A stretch of DNA of 64,000 nucleotides from Candidatus Moanibacter sp. (GTDB lineage: Bacteria; Verrucomicrobiota; Verrucomicrobiia; Opitutales; UBA2987). A program made the translations under genes and the position numbers. Each line of letters opens with the position of its first letter. Within the stretch, counting starts at the first letter, position 1. The DNA lies in assembly GCA_965215885.1 (NCBI GenBank), contig CBDCEW010000098.1, forward strand, positions 64,001-128,000. The letters run 5' to 3'. This document shows positions 30,451-40,121 of this stretch, piece by piece. Below the pieces are notes generated by a model, which was not told the origin of the DNA, ran no database searches, and worked only from the letters and a program-made list of their open reading frames with translations.

Positions 30451-31000
30451 ATTCGTTGCAGAATTCTGATTTTAATATCTGGTGGCGAAGGCCCTTTTTC
30501 CCTCGCTCGTAATGCCTGCGCGCTGCACCGATGGAAATACCCATAACTTCGGCTGCTTCGCGTATACTGAGGTGATGGTAGAAGACAAGGTGCAGGACTT
30601 CGCGCTGCCTTGATGGCAAGTGGCCGAGAACTTCAATCAAAAGAGCTGCTACCTGTGAACGGTTGATCGCCTCCGAAACTGTGTCGACAGGAGGATTGAG
30701 CAGCAGGGATTTCCGAAACTTCCTGAGGCTGAAAAGATTGAGGAGATTGCGGCGCCGCATATCGGCCGCTGTGTTTCGAATAATGGCAAAAACCCAGGTT
30801 TTGTAGTTCGCTCGTTTCCTGTAATGGGTTTTGCCACTGAGGATCTTTAAATAAGCCGACTGCAACACGTCTTCGGCATCAGGCCGGTTTCTGGAGCAAC
30901 AGTGCATAGCCCACCCGAAACACTCCTCGTGGAGTTGCTCAAGGTGAGCGCGAAAGCCGGCAGTACCCTTGTCCGACTCACCGGTTGGTTTAGTTTCCAT
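30392..31000 (-). CDS. ECF RNA polymerase sigma factor
   Basis: DAEDVLQSAY, KTWVFAIIRN, LPSRQREVL..LSIREAAEVMGIS. Confidence 0.9.
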   Translation of the reverse strand: METKPTGESDKGTAGFRAHLEQLHEECFGWAMHCCSRNRPDAEDVLQSAYLKILSGKTHYRKRANYKTWVFAIIRNTAADMRRRNLLNLFSLRKFRKSLLLNPPVDTVSEAINRSQVAALLIEVLGHLPSRQREVLHLVFYHHLSIREAAEVMGISIGAARRHYERGKKGLRHQILKSEFCNEYELGEICYKGTLSRTQTAG

Positions 31001-31190
31001 TACCCATCTTCCCTTATTTCTCACTTAGTCGTTCCGCACCACTGAGTATATGACATAATTGCGGAAAAAAATTACCCTCACGAAGTTGGCGGTCACTTTC
31101 TTGCGAAAACGCCTACAGATATCAACGACTTACGGTACACTATAGCCGACCCGCTCAGCGGGAAAAGCACGTGGGAATTTCTCCGCGGAA

Positions 31191-32240
31191 TCATGACATA
31201 AGGTCATTTCCCAGTGCATCCTTAAAGAGCCGGGCAATTTCGTCGGTTTCCGGACGCAATAGCAATTCCTCCCCCCTCTGCGTCCTACGAAATACTGAGA
31301 CTGGCCCGCTCTCCGCGTGTCCGATAGCAGCAGTGGGAATATTCGCACTGTCAAGCGCAAGGCGAATCTTCGTCGCTTCCGAAGGCATCGCTGTTATGAG
31401 CAGGGCCCCAGAGGCAATCGAAGCGAGGGGATCTATATGAAGGACATTACAAATCCGTTGTGAGAGTAGAGGAATTGGGACGGAATCCGGATCTATGCAC
31501 AAAGAACAATTCGCCGCTTCAGCTAATTCCCAAAGCGCTCCCAGGACACCCCCTTCCGTGGGATCATGCATAGAGGATATCTTACCTGCCTCCCGTGCGA
31601 TTTGCGCATCTCGTATTATACTTATCCCCGGATCGTAGAGAAAACCTGAACATTCATCTAGCTCTCCGGGCTTCATTTGATCTTCGAGCATTGCGCGACA
31701 CTCTCGGGCGAGAATGGAGGTCGCCTCAATGGGCACTCCTTTTGTCAGCAGGATCTCATCTCCTGTTTGCATTCCACGCGGGGTAATAAGCTCACCCTTT
31801 TTAACTTCACCAATCATTGTGCCCACCACGATCGGTCGGTCCAATCCGTGCGTGATCTCGGTATGCCCTCCAATAACCGCCACTCCCAACTCGAGGCAGG
31901 TCTCATAAATCTGTCGGCTGATTTCTTCCGTCGTTTTCGAAGTGGTCCCAATTTCAGGCAGGAGGAGAGTGGCGAGAAACCAACGTGGAGTGGCGCCCGT
32001 GGTTACGATATCATTGGCATTCACATGTACGCTGTACCATCCGATCTCTTCCGTCGCGAAGGTGATCGGATCCGACTTTACCACGAGCCAGACATCGCCG
32101 AAGTCCACCACAGCGCAATCCAACCCCACTCCCGGACCCAAGCGAACGCGGGGATCCGCGATTGGCATCTTAGCCAGCAAGTCCTTTAGCAAGTGGTTCG
32201 GGAGCTTTCCGGTCGGCAGCTTCCTACCATCAGGTTTCAT
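31191..32240 (-). CDS. AIR synthase/HypE-like (PurM superfamily) protein
   Basis: GKLP, GLDCA, SDPIT, NANDI, GGHTE, MHDPTEGG. Confidence 0.85.
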   Translation of the reverse strand: MKPDGRKLPTGKLPNHLLKDLLAKMPIADPRVRLGPGVGLDCAVVDFGDVWLVVKSDPITFATEEIGWYSVHVNANDIVTTGATPRWFLATLLLPEIGTTSKTTEEISRQIYETCLELGVAVIGGHTEITHGLDRPIVVGTMIGEVKKGELITPRGMQTGDEILLTKGVPIEATSILARECRAMLEDQMKPGELDECSGFLYDPGISIIRDAQIAREAGKISSMHDPTEGGVLGALWELAEAANCSLCIDPDSVPIPLLSQRICNVLHIDPLASIASGALLITAMPSEATKIRLALDSANIPTAAIGHAESGPVSVFRRTQRGEELLLRPETDEIARLFKDALGNDLMS

Positions 32241-32370
32241 GGTCTTTGAGTTTTTTTCAATTTTTCTTCCAGTAGGGGTCAACCTGTCATCAGAAGCCTG
32301 GTGCGAAGGATGATGCCCTTAAGAAATGTCTGTTTCTCCGCTTCGCTGAAAGTATCAGGCCTGAACGCCA

Positions 32371-32492
32371 CTAACTTAAGGGATCACTACGGTGATCACC
32401 GATGTTCCCGATTCGGCCGCAAGCGACCTTCCTACAAAGACTTACGCTCGTCGTAGGAAGCTCGCTTGCGAGCGATTCCTGCCCTAAGTTGG
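32371..32492. mobile_element. MITE family E copy 1 (aacttaagg...cctaagtt) with internal GTAG REP pair
   Basis: Near-identical to 48204-48323. Confidence 0.85.
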
Positions 32493-32620
32493 TACCATTC
32501 ACGGCTGACCCCTTGCTTCCAACATCGAACTAAGGCATTTGCCATCACGCTAAACATGAGACAGATTGACTTCTCCGCTCCGAGCCGAATAATACTGTCG
32601 AAGTAGGCTGTTCGTCAAAG

Positions 32621-33793
32621 ATGAAGTATCTTTCGTGGCATGCGAATCTGTTGAATACCGCTTCTGCAGGGTTCATAGCTCTATTATTGTCGATTGTCCC
32701 CTTTTCGACGGCCCTCTCTCAAGAGGGTACGCGTTTTGATGAGCTGGAAGCCGGTGAAGTGGTCTACTACAGAGTAAAGGTGACAAAAGTCTCCCCCCGA
32801 TCCATTTCCATATTGCACTCTAAGGGTATCGCTCAAGTGATGCTCGAAGATTTAAGCCCGGAGCTTCAGGAGAGATTCGGATACAATACAACCGCGGCGG
32901 AGGTCTATCAAAAGGAACTGGACGCCCGTAATAAAGAGGCCAGGGAAGCCCGCCTCAAAGCCACCGAGAAGCGAACCAGGAAGACCCCCGAAAACGACAA
33001 AGCGGAACGTATTCTGAACAGTTTCGGGACACCTCCGGTCCTCCAGGGGCGGGTAGATCTACGGGCCAAATTCCGTGAGCTCGAATTGATCACCAAGAGT
33101 CAAGGGCGGCGGCCGAGTTGCTCGGTCTTCGCTGTCGTGAGCGCACTCGAATTTCAAAATGCTCTCGTTTCCGGAAAACCGGAAAAACTGTCCGAAGAAT
33201 ACCTGATTTGGGCGACTCGGAAGACATTGGGACAGGCCTAGGCCACCTCCGCTTCGGGCACCTATCCGGTGGATGAAGAGCTGTCCTCGGGCGACGCGGA
33301 TGCCGGTTTTCACCTCATCGAGGTCGTCCAAGCCCTGCGGAGTTACGGAATTCCCCTCTCCGAACAGATGCGTAACACTTACGGTAAGAGCATGGCGAAA
33401 ATTGAGGACCCGTCGGAGGAGCTAATCAATGTAGCACGCACTCGCCGCAAAGTCTACTCCTACCTGATTACGGGGAGAGATTCCGTCGCGCAGATTGATG
33501 GGATTATTCACGCCCTCAATGAGGGAGTCCCGGTAGTGATCGGGATTGGTTGGCCCCATTACAAGTCCTTAATGGAGGCGCCGATCTTAAGCGGGCAAAA
33601 ACCGCGATCGGGATATGGCCATGCCGTCACCGTGGTCGGTTACAAATGTGAAACCGGCCAATACAAGGACATCCTATTCGCCTTCAAGAATTCCTATGGG
33701 CGAAGATGGGGAGTTAATGGGTACGGCTATGCTACCTATCCTTACTTGCAAAAACACCTCACCAGCGCGGTCTTCCTCGATGTGAAGCCCTAG
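32621..33793 (+). pseudogene. Exported C1 (papain-like) cysteine peptidase interrupted by an in-frame TAG at 33239-33241
   Basis: QGRRPSCSVFA before the stop; GHAVTVVGY and KNSYG after it in the same frame. Confidence 0.8.
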
Positions 33794-33836
33794 GTCACGC
33801 TGCCCTTCGGCGCTCGGGCGACGATCTGATGAGCGA

Positions 33837-34291
33837 TCAGGTCGGTTCGAGAAAGTCGGAGAGACTCTCGTTGGATTCGCGTAAGTGTGTGCAGAGAAAA
33901 CGCGCCAATCCCTTGAGCAAAATCACTCCAATCTTGGGATGTTCGTCGAGAATTTTTTCGAAGTCTGCCTTCTTCAGGGAGAGAACGGAAGATTCGGTTG
34001 TCGCCTTAACTGTCGCCGAACGGGGAAGATCATCGATCACCGACATCTCGCCAAAGGAGCTGCCATCGCTAAGCGTCGCCAGGTTGATGCTTTCGCCCCA
34101 ATCCGAATCCATACTGACTTCAAGCGATCCGATTTCGATAAAGTAAACTGAATCGCCCGAATCTCCTTCGTTAAAAACCACTGCATCCGGCTCCAGGTAA
34201 AGATGCTCGACATATTGGGACACCGCTTCCAGCTGTTCGTCATCAAGTCCAGAGAAGAAAGAGAGGCCTCTGAGCTTGTTTATCGTATCAT
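33837..34291 (-). CDS. Standalone cyclic-nucleotide-binding domain protein; apparent 1-nt deletion after the ATG
   Basis: EGDSGD, FGEMS...PRSATV; frame extends to DTINKLRGLSFFSGL but the ATG at 34291 is out of frame. Confidence 0.8.
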
Positions 34292-34333
34292 TGTCCGCCC
34301 TTTCGTTTTAATTTTCTTTAGGTTATTAGTTCC

Positions 34334-34462
34334 ATAGACGCTGACGGCAATCCAGATTTGAGTCTTCACAGCATTCTCGGAGGTGCCGAAAAAGCTCTTG
34401 ATGCGCAACTGTTTGATCCATTTGAAGAACAATTCGATCTGCCAGCGTAAACGGTAAATCAA
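34334..34462 (-). mobile_element. IS4-family transposase C-terminal fragment
   Basis: YRLRWQIELFFKWIKQ.RIKSFFGTSENAVKTQIW (YREK signature). Confidence 0.85.
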
Positions 34463-35001
34463 AGGGAGTCGCTAACCCGGCGCCGTCCCAAGATTAATAC
34501 TGCCTACTCTTACGAAACGCCGAGCGCGATTTAGTCAGTTATCGCGAACCACTGCAAGCGGATTCGAGATTGTTTCTCAATAGGGCTTCTTGCGGAATTC
34601 TGCGCCAGTCTCGTGTAAAATTGACTTAACTGCAGTTTAGCGAATCTGATTCCCCCAACAATTGTCATTGCGAGCGTAGCGTGGCAATCCAGCATGTCGA
34701 CCGCTCGAATTCGTGGATTGCTCCGGTACGTTTCAATTAGGCGACTTCCAAAGGGAGTCGCTAACCCGGCGCCGTCCCAAGATTAATACTGCCTACTCTT
34801 ACGAAACGCCGAGCGCGATTTAGTCAGTTATCGCGAACCACTGCAAGCGGATTCGAGATTGTTTCTCAATAGGGCTTCTTGCGGAATTCTGGTGTAAAAT
34901 TGACTTAACTGCAGTTTAGCGAATCTGATTCCCCCAACAATTGTCATTGCGAGCGTAGCGTGGCAATCCAGCATGTCGACCGCTCGAATTCGTGGATTGC
35001 T
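34460..35001. repeat. Direct duplication of about 260 bp (34460-34722 and 34749-35001)
   Basis: Copies read as identical except for a 10-bp indel (cgccagtctc); includes a gtcattgcgag..gcaatcc REP arm. Confidence 0.9.
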
Positions 35002-35119
35002 TCGTCGTTCCTCCTCGCAATGACACAGAATTGGTGCTTCATGGACGGGAGAACCAGATTCGCTAATTAGATATTCGAGATTCCCGAGCTAGGAATCCGT
35101 CGGACCCGAAATAAAGAGG

Positions 35120-36550
35120 TCATCCATCGCCCAGCTCTTGCGATTTGGCCCTGGCTTCGGCAGCCCACGCCGCACATTCGCGGGCCCGGCTCTGGTAAAC
35201 ATCGCTGTATCTTCGGAAGTAGGCGACCTTTCCCGTATTCTCCGTCGAAATGCTTACGGGTACGCTTGAAGCCATAGCTGCCGCGGTGACTGCGATACTG
35301 GCTACCATCTTCCTGACATTTTCCGCCTTCGCGTCTTTAATCCATTTTTCAAAAGAATCGGCCCAGATCTGGTATTCGATAGTGGCAAATTCGAATTGCT
35401 CCAAGGCGATCCGGTACAACTCCCTCGCTGATTCGTCATCTTCGTAAGCCTCGTAGTAACCCCCGGCATGCCGGAAGGTTTTGCCGTTGACCTCGTAATT
35501 GTGTCTTATGTCGTATTCAGACCAGGGTGTGACCGTTTTCGCTTTGTTTTCTTCTACCAGGGACGGTTCCGCACCCTTTCGTATGAGGTGGATGGCCAGC
35601 GCTGTGTGATTACCCTCCGCCGCCAGATGCAAAGGTGAATAACCGTCTTTATTTCGTGAATCGATATCCGCTCCATTCTTGAGAAGTTGGTCCGACACGA
35701 TCGCGGATTGTCCAGTCGCGGCGGCGTGATGCAGAGGTGTCATTCCTTTCTTATCCCTCTCATCGACTCGACCGCCATATTTAATTAAACTCTTCACCAT
35801 GGCAACCTGCCCGTTCACATCGGTTAGGCCGGGTTCTCTCTGACAGAGGACCATGAGTGGGGTATGACCACGATTGTCTTTTGCTTCGATAGCTGCTCCC
35901 TTGTGAACGAGTAACCTGAACAGTCGGTTATCCGTGATTGCCTCCTCAATTAAGAGATGCAAGGGAGTCGATCCATCGTAGGATTGCGCGTTGACGTCGA
36001 CACCATTTACAAGAAGAGCATCCGCCACTTCCACGCTCCCCATGAGAACACTCATGTGCAGGGGCGTATAGCCACCTTCGTCCCGGATTTCCAAATCACG
36101 TTTCTCTTCGATCAATTGGAGGGCCCGGCCTTCGTTTCCCCGTGTAATCTCTTCAAGGAGATTGGGGGTCGCACAACTGGAAAAAAGCAGAATTGCGGGC
36201 GCAGCCAAGCTTAGTACTCGAATTCGTAAATACGATGAGGTATGCCGAGGCGATTTCGGATGGTGGGGAAGGCGGTCGAGTCGTGCCAGGCCCGCAGGCC
36301 CTGCACGACTCGACCAACGCTGCCCAGCGCCGAAAGCGCCCGGTCCCAAAGGGATGGGGCGGCATTGGGGGTATTGCCGCGTTGCGCCGACGAGGAGAGC
36401 TCTCCAAGGCTGTCCGTCGCCGGCGCGCCTTGCACTACCCCCAATGGCGCTCCCACATACATCACCGTATTTACGAATTCGAGTACTTAGGACCACTTGA
36501 CGTAAAAGACCTCTCCAATTTGGACGATTATTTCGCCTCTTATCCTTCAC
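35120..36550 (-). CDS. Ankyrin-repeat lipoprotein with an in-frame MITE in its signal peptide
   Basis: GYTPLH, GSTPLH, GHTPL, GMTPLH, GYSPLH repeats; lipobox FSSC; GTG start 36550. Confidence 0.85.
   Translation of the reverse strand: MKDKRRNNRPNWRGLLRQVVLSTRIRKYGDVCGSAIGGSARRAGDGQPWRALLVGATRQYPQCRPIPLGPGAFGAGQRWSSRAGPAGLARLDRLPHHPKSPRHTSSYLRIRVLSLAAPAILLFSSCATPNLLEEITRGNEGRALQLIEEKRDLEIRDEGGYTPLHMSVLMGSVEVADALLVNGVDVNAQSYDGSTPLHLLIEEAITDNRLFRLLVHKGAAIEAKDNRGHTPLMVLCQREPGLTDVNGQVAMVKSLIKYGGRVDERDKKGMTPLHHAAATGQSAIVSDQLLKNGADIDSRNKDGYSPLHLAAEGNHTALAIHLIRKGAEPSLVEENKAKTVTPWSEYDIRHNYEVNGKTFRHAGGYYEAYEDDESARELYRIALEQFEFATIEYQIWADSFEKWIKDAKAENVRKMVASIAVTAAAMASSVPVSISTENTGKVAYFRRYSDVYQSRARECAAWAAEARAKSQELGDG
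36210..36490. mobile_element. MITE with TIRs and target duplication, 276-bp net insertion
   Basis: tactcgaattcgtaaatac / gtatttacgaattcgagta flanked by direct cttag at 36210-36214 and 36486-36490. Confidence 0.9.
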
Positions 36551-36700
36551 CTTACACGAGACCAGTGCCGCTCCCATCCCTTTCGAAGGGATCATCTGAT
36601 TTGCGAATTGGAGTACTGAGATTTATCGACTAGGATCATCCAAAACACAGAGAGAGATTCAACATTCAAATGCTACTCTGATTCTCAACGATTCCTTTTC

Positions 36701-39700
36701 CTATTCGGTCACACCCGAGCCGACAAATAGCGCTCCCCCACCCGTGCCCACGAAGATTTGATTTACAAATAGCGCTCCCCCACCCGTGCCCACGAAGATT
36801 TGATTTACATTAAGGGGATTAAATCCGGCGAACAGTACACGCGTATGGGTTAAGCCCGAATTCTCCAACGCAAAAGTACTCCCGGAATCTCGGCTGATGA
36901 AAATCCCCGCCCGATGTGATGCATCCGCATCAAAAACCTGGCCGACACCTGCGATGACGTATCGGGGATCCCCCGGCGCCACATCCACCGCGTCGACACG
37001 TAGAGCGTCCAAAACCTTGGACCACGTAGCTCCTCCATCTCCTGACCTGAAGAGGCCTCCCGTGTGAACACCGGTTTCTTCCGAAAGAGCGAAGATTTGT
37101 GGTACGGTTGCCGCATAGATAACGCTGTCGCTCGCAACGGCCAGATCCAGGACCTGTGCGTTGGGCGCTGAATTCCCCGTCAATTTTGTCCAGGTTGCCC
37201 CACCGTCGATCGATTTGTAAACACCGCCGTCCTGAGAACCCCCGTTTGCGCTTCCATCGGCTATTCCTGCATACAACGTGTTCGTGTTCACAGGATCGAA
37301 GGCAAGAGTCCAAACATGCACCTTATCCGTTTCGCTTATCCCACCGTCGGAGGCGGCCCAGGAAGCGCCCGCATCTGTAGAACGGAAAATCCCTTGCCCG
37401 TAGATTGCCGCAAAGATCGTTCGGGTATTCTGGGCGCCGCCCGGCAGCATCATGAGAAAAGGGCGTCCACCCACGCCGTTATTGCCGAAGGTCTGCTCGC
37501 CAAGCCGTTGCCACGTCTGGCCATCATCAATCGTTTTCCATACACTGCCAAGCGCCCAGTCGATGGCCAAATCGTTCTCACCCTGATTGCGTCCAACATA
37601 GAGAATATTAGAATTTTCCGGATCCGTCACAACGAAACAGGCACAATCGGAGTTGCCGAGATTTGGACTCTGCTGCATGTCGTCAATGCGCGTAAAGGAA
37701 GTGCCGCCGTCATCCGTTCGCCACAAGCCCATGTCGTCATAGCCGATCCACCACCGATTTGCGTTGTTGGGATCGACTGCAATATCAAAGACTTCAATTA
37801 GTTCGGCGCCCCGGCCAATCCACGTGTTTGTCCCGCTTGGCTCCGCATACGCTTCCGTCCAGGTGGCGCCACCGTTCACACTTTTGTAAATGTGATCCGT
37901 CCCCGCGTAAATCACATTCGGGTTGGATGGCGCGACTCCGAGAAAGGCAGCGTGGAGATCGTTCCACCACCCCGGTTCGAGCCAGCCGAAATCCGTGAAA
38001 TTCGACGCTTCCCATAGAAATGTCCAATTCACACTGGCTGCTGCTGCTGTCGCGTTCGTAGTCTTATAGAGACCCATGTCGATAAAAGCCGTCCCTATCT
38101 GCGTTCCAATATAGACAACATCGGGGTTGGTCGGATCGACCGCGATACGCCAGTATGAGTAGGAGAGGGTCTCCTCATCGACCTGCACCGTGGGAAGATT
38201 ACCCGTAATATCCACCCAGTTGGCAGCGCCGTCCGTGCTCCTGTAGACGCCGCCGGCGATAAACGCTGTCTCTGACTGTGTCCGTAAAGTGGCAAAAAGA
38301 TGAAAGTCTCCGCCATTGACGACGCCAACGAGGCCGTGCGCTACGGGTGCTCCCGCCGTCCCATTCGGTAATCCCGAATTCGCGAAACCCCAATTCTGTC
38401 CACTGTCGGTGCTCTTCAATATCCCCTCGCCAGTGGCCGCGTAGACGACACCACTATTGACTGTATCGAACAGCAGCGAATGCACCGGTGTTTCAGAACC
38501 GGAAAAAATCCCTGCAGACACAAGATTCCAGGAGGATCCGCCGTCGGCGGTACGGTAAATCGCGCTGAGGCCGTCATCATTCCGTTCCACATCGCCGACC
38601 CCGGCCAGGATCAGGTTCGAATCGGCCGGTGAAACGGCGATCGTTGCAACGGAGAATCCAACCGCCTCGGCCACCGCATCGAGGATGAGCCTCTCCCAGC
38701 TCTGACCTCTGTTATCGCTTCGATAAAGTCCGCCCCACGAGGCCATATAGACGCGGTCGGGATTGCCTGGGTCGAGGTGCAACGTCTGCGATGCATAGAC
38801 ATCGGCGCTCAAATCACCCCGCACAAGATCACCTGAAATCCGCGAATAACTCTGTCCGCCGTCAATGCTCAAAAGCGGCCCTTCAATATCTCCACCCAGA
38901 TAGATAAGATTGGGATCTGTCGGATGGATCGCGATCGACATCAAAAAGCTCCCCCCTCCCGGACCCGGGTTAGTAAACGCCAACTGCGCCGACGGGGGAT
39001 CCACACCCGGCCCGATCGTCGTCAAACCATCGGTTAGAAAAAAGTTATCGGCGGCATTGACAAACGTGTCGGTCACCGGCTGCAGCGAACCATCGCCGAT
39101 ATCGGTCCGCAGGGAACTGTTGGTAATCGATCTCTGCCCGTCAGTTGCTTTGATTGGAAACGTATAAACAATACCGTTTGTATCGATCTGGAGGGCGCCG
39201 GTCGTCTCCGCCAGATCCCCACCATTGATCAGGATCTCGGATATCATTGAATCCGCGCTGATCCGAATTCTGGGTTCCGATGTCCCGCTCGGCGACATAT
39301 CGCCAACAAACAGAAAACTATCAACCGATATGTCTTCCGCATCGATTCCGATTACTCCGTCCATATCGGTAAACACGGCATTTGCCGCATTGATGCCGCC
39401 AATGTTTCCGGCTCCTCCCCCCGCTCCGGTCACCGTGATCGATTTGATATCCGCAATACCGTCAACATCGCCTGTGAACGTATTGTTGTTTATCAGCGCG
39501 ACATCAACTCTGGCCGTATCGTTTCCGAGCGAAAAGACCGAGAAGAATGTGAGCGAAGTGCTGTTCTCGATTGTAAATCGTGGCAGCCCCTGCACATAAG
39601 TCGTGCCCGGCTGGTTGTAGGGTGAAGGTTGCGCTCCTTGAAAATTCTCCAGATCGATCGCGAGGGTCGTGTTCGCATCGTCGCTCCCGAATTCGGCGAA

Positions 39701-39973
39701 AATTAAGTCGCCATCTGGATCAAGAAATGAGATTCGCGTGATTTCACCTCCAATTGATGAAAACGTCCCACTCATGCCTGAGAGTTCAAAACCGTTGTAA
39801 GTGTTGCCTTGAAACTCTGTGCCGCTGTTGACCAGCACCGCATCCCCCGATACGAGCAAATCCTGTGGATTTACGCCTGCATAAATTGGCGCGGTTGCAA
39901 AACTAAGGGACAAGCCCAAAGAAATTACTGAATAAAATCGCCTTAAAACATTCGATATTCTGTCTCTCCTCAT
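36701..39973 (-). CDS. Large secreted BNR/Asp-box beta-propeller protein (sortilin/GH74-like) with an extra N-terminal domain
   Basis: Signal peptide; many (S/T)xDGGxxW boxes; 1090 aa. Confidence 0.85.
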   Translation of the reverse strand: MRRDRISNVLRRFYSVISLGLSLSFATAPIYAGVNPQDLLVSGDAVLVNSGTEFQGNTYNGFELSGMSGTFSSIGGEITRISFLDPDGDLIFAEFGSDDANTTLAIDLENFQGAQPSPYNQPGTTYVQGLPRFTIENSTSLTFFSVFSLGNDTARVDVALINNNTFTGDVDGIADIKSITVTGAGGGAGNIGGINAANAVFTDMDGVIGIDAEDISVDSFLFVGDMSPSGTSEPRIRISADSMISEILINGGDLAETTGALQIDTNGIVYTFPIKATDGQRSITNSSLRTDIGDGSLQPVTDTFVNAADNFFLTDGLTTIGPGVDPPSAQLAFTNPGPGGGSFLMSIAIHPTDPNLIYLGGDIEGPLLSIDGGQSYSRISGDLVRGDLSADVYASQTLHLDPGNPDRVYMASWGGLYRSDNRGQSWERLILDAVAEAVGFSVATIAVSPADSNLILAGVGDVERNDDGLSAIYRTADGGSSWNLVSAGIFSGSETPVHSLLFDTVNSGVVYAATGEGILKSTDSGQNWGFANSGLPNGTAGAPVAHGLVGVVNGGDFHLFATLRTQSETAFIAGGVYRSTDGAANWVDITGNLPTVQVDEETLSYSYWRIAVDPTNPDVVYIGTQIGTAFIDMGLYKTTNATAAAASVNWTFLWEASNFTDFGWLEPGWWNDLHAAFLGVAPSNPNVIYAGTDHIYKSVNGGATWTEAYAEPSGTNTWIGRGAELIEVFDIAVDPNNANRWWIGYDDMGLWRTDDGGTSFTRIDDMQQSPNLGNSDCACFVVTDPENSNILYVGRNQGENDLAIDWALGSVWKTIDDGQTWQRLGEQTFGNNGVGGRPFLMMLPGGAQNTRTIFAAIYGQGIFRSTDAGASWAASDGGISETDKVHVWTLAFDPVNTNTLYAGIADGSANGGSQDGGVYKSIDGGATWTKLTGNSAPNAQVLDLAVASDSVIYAATVPQIFALSEETGVHTGGLFRSGDGGATWSKVLDALRVDAVDVAPGDPRYVIAGVGQVFDADASHRAGIFISRDSGSTFALENSGLTHTRVLFAGFNPLNVNQIFVGTGGGALFVNQIFVGTGGGALFVGSGVTE
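36723..36809. repeat. Perfect 42-bp tandem duplication within the CDS 3' end
   Basis: acaaatagcgctcccccacccgtgcccacgaagatttgattt twice, giving NQIFVGTGGGALFV twice. Confidence 0.9.
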
Positions 39974-40121
39974 TTTCGTCCTCCCTTCGTCAGGTTCTAA
40001 TGCGCGTATTTACTCCTTTTGTCCCCACCAGACGAGTTGTTTTCGTAACCAAGTCGGCCTGGGAGCCTATCGGACTTTGACGGCGGGCTCCTAGACTGTT
40101 TCTCTTTCAGCTTTCTGAGAT

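Noticed and set aside
34460..35001. Possible CRISPR array or RNA gene
   Set aside because: There are only two long copies, no repeat-spacer periodicity, no cas genes and no tRNA/rRNA hallmarks.
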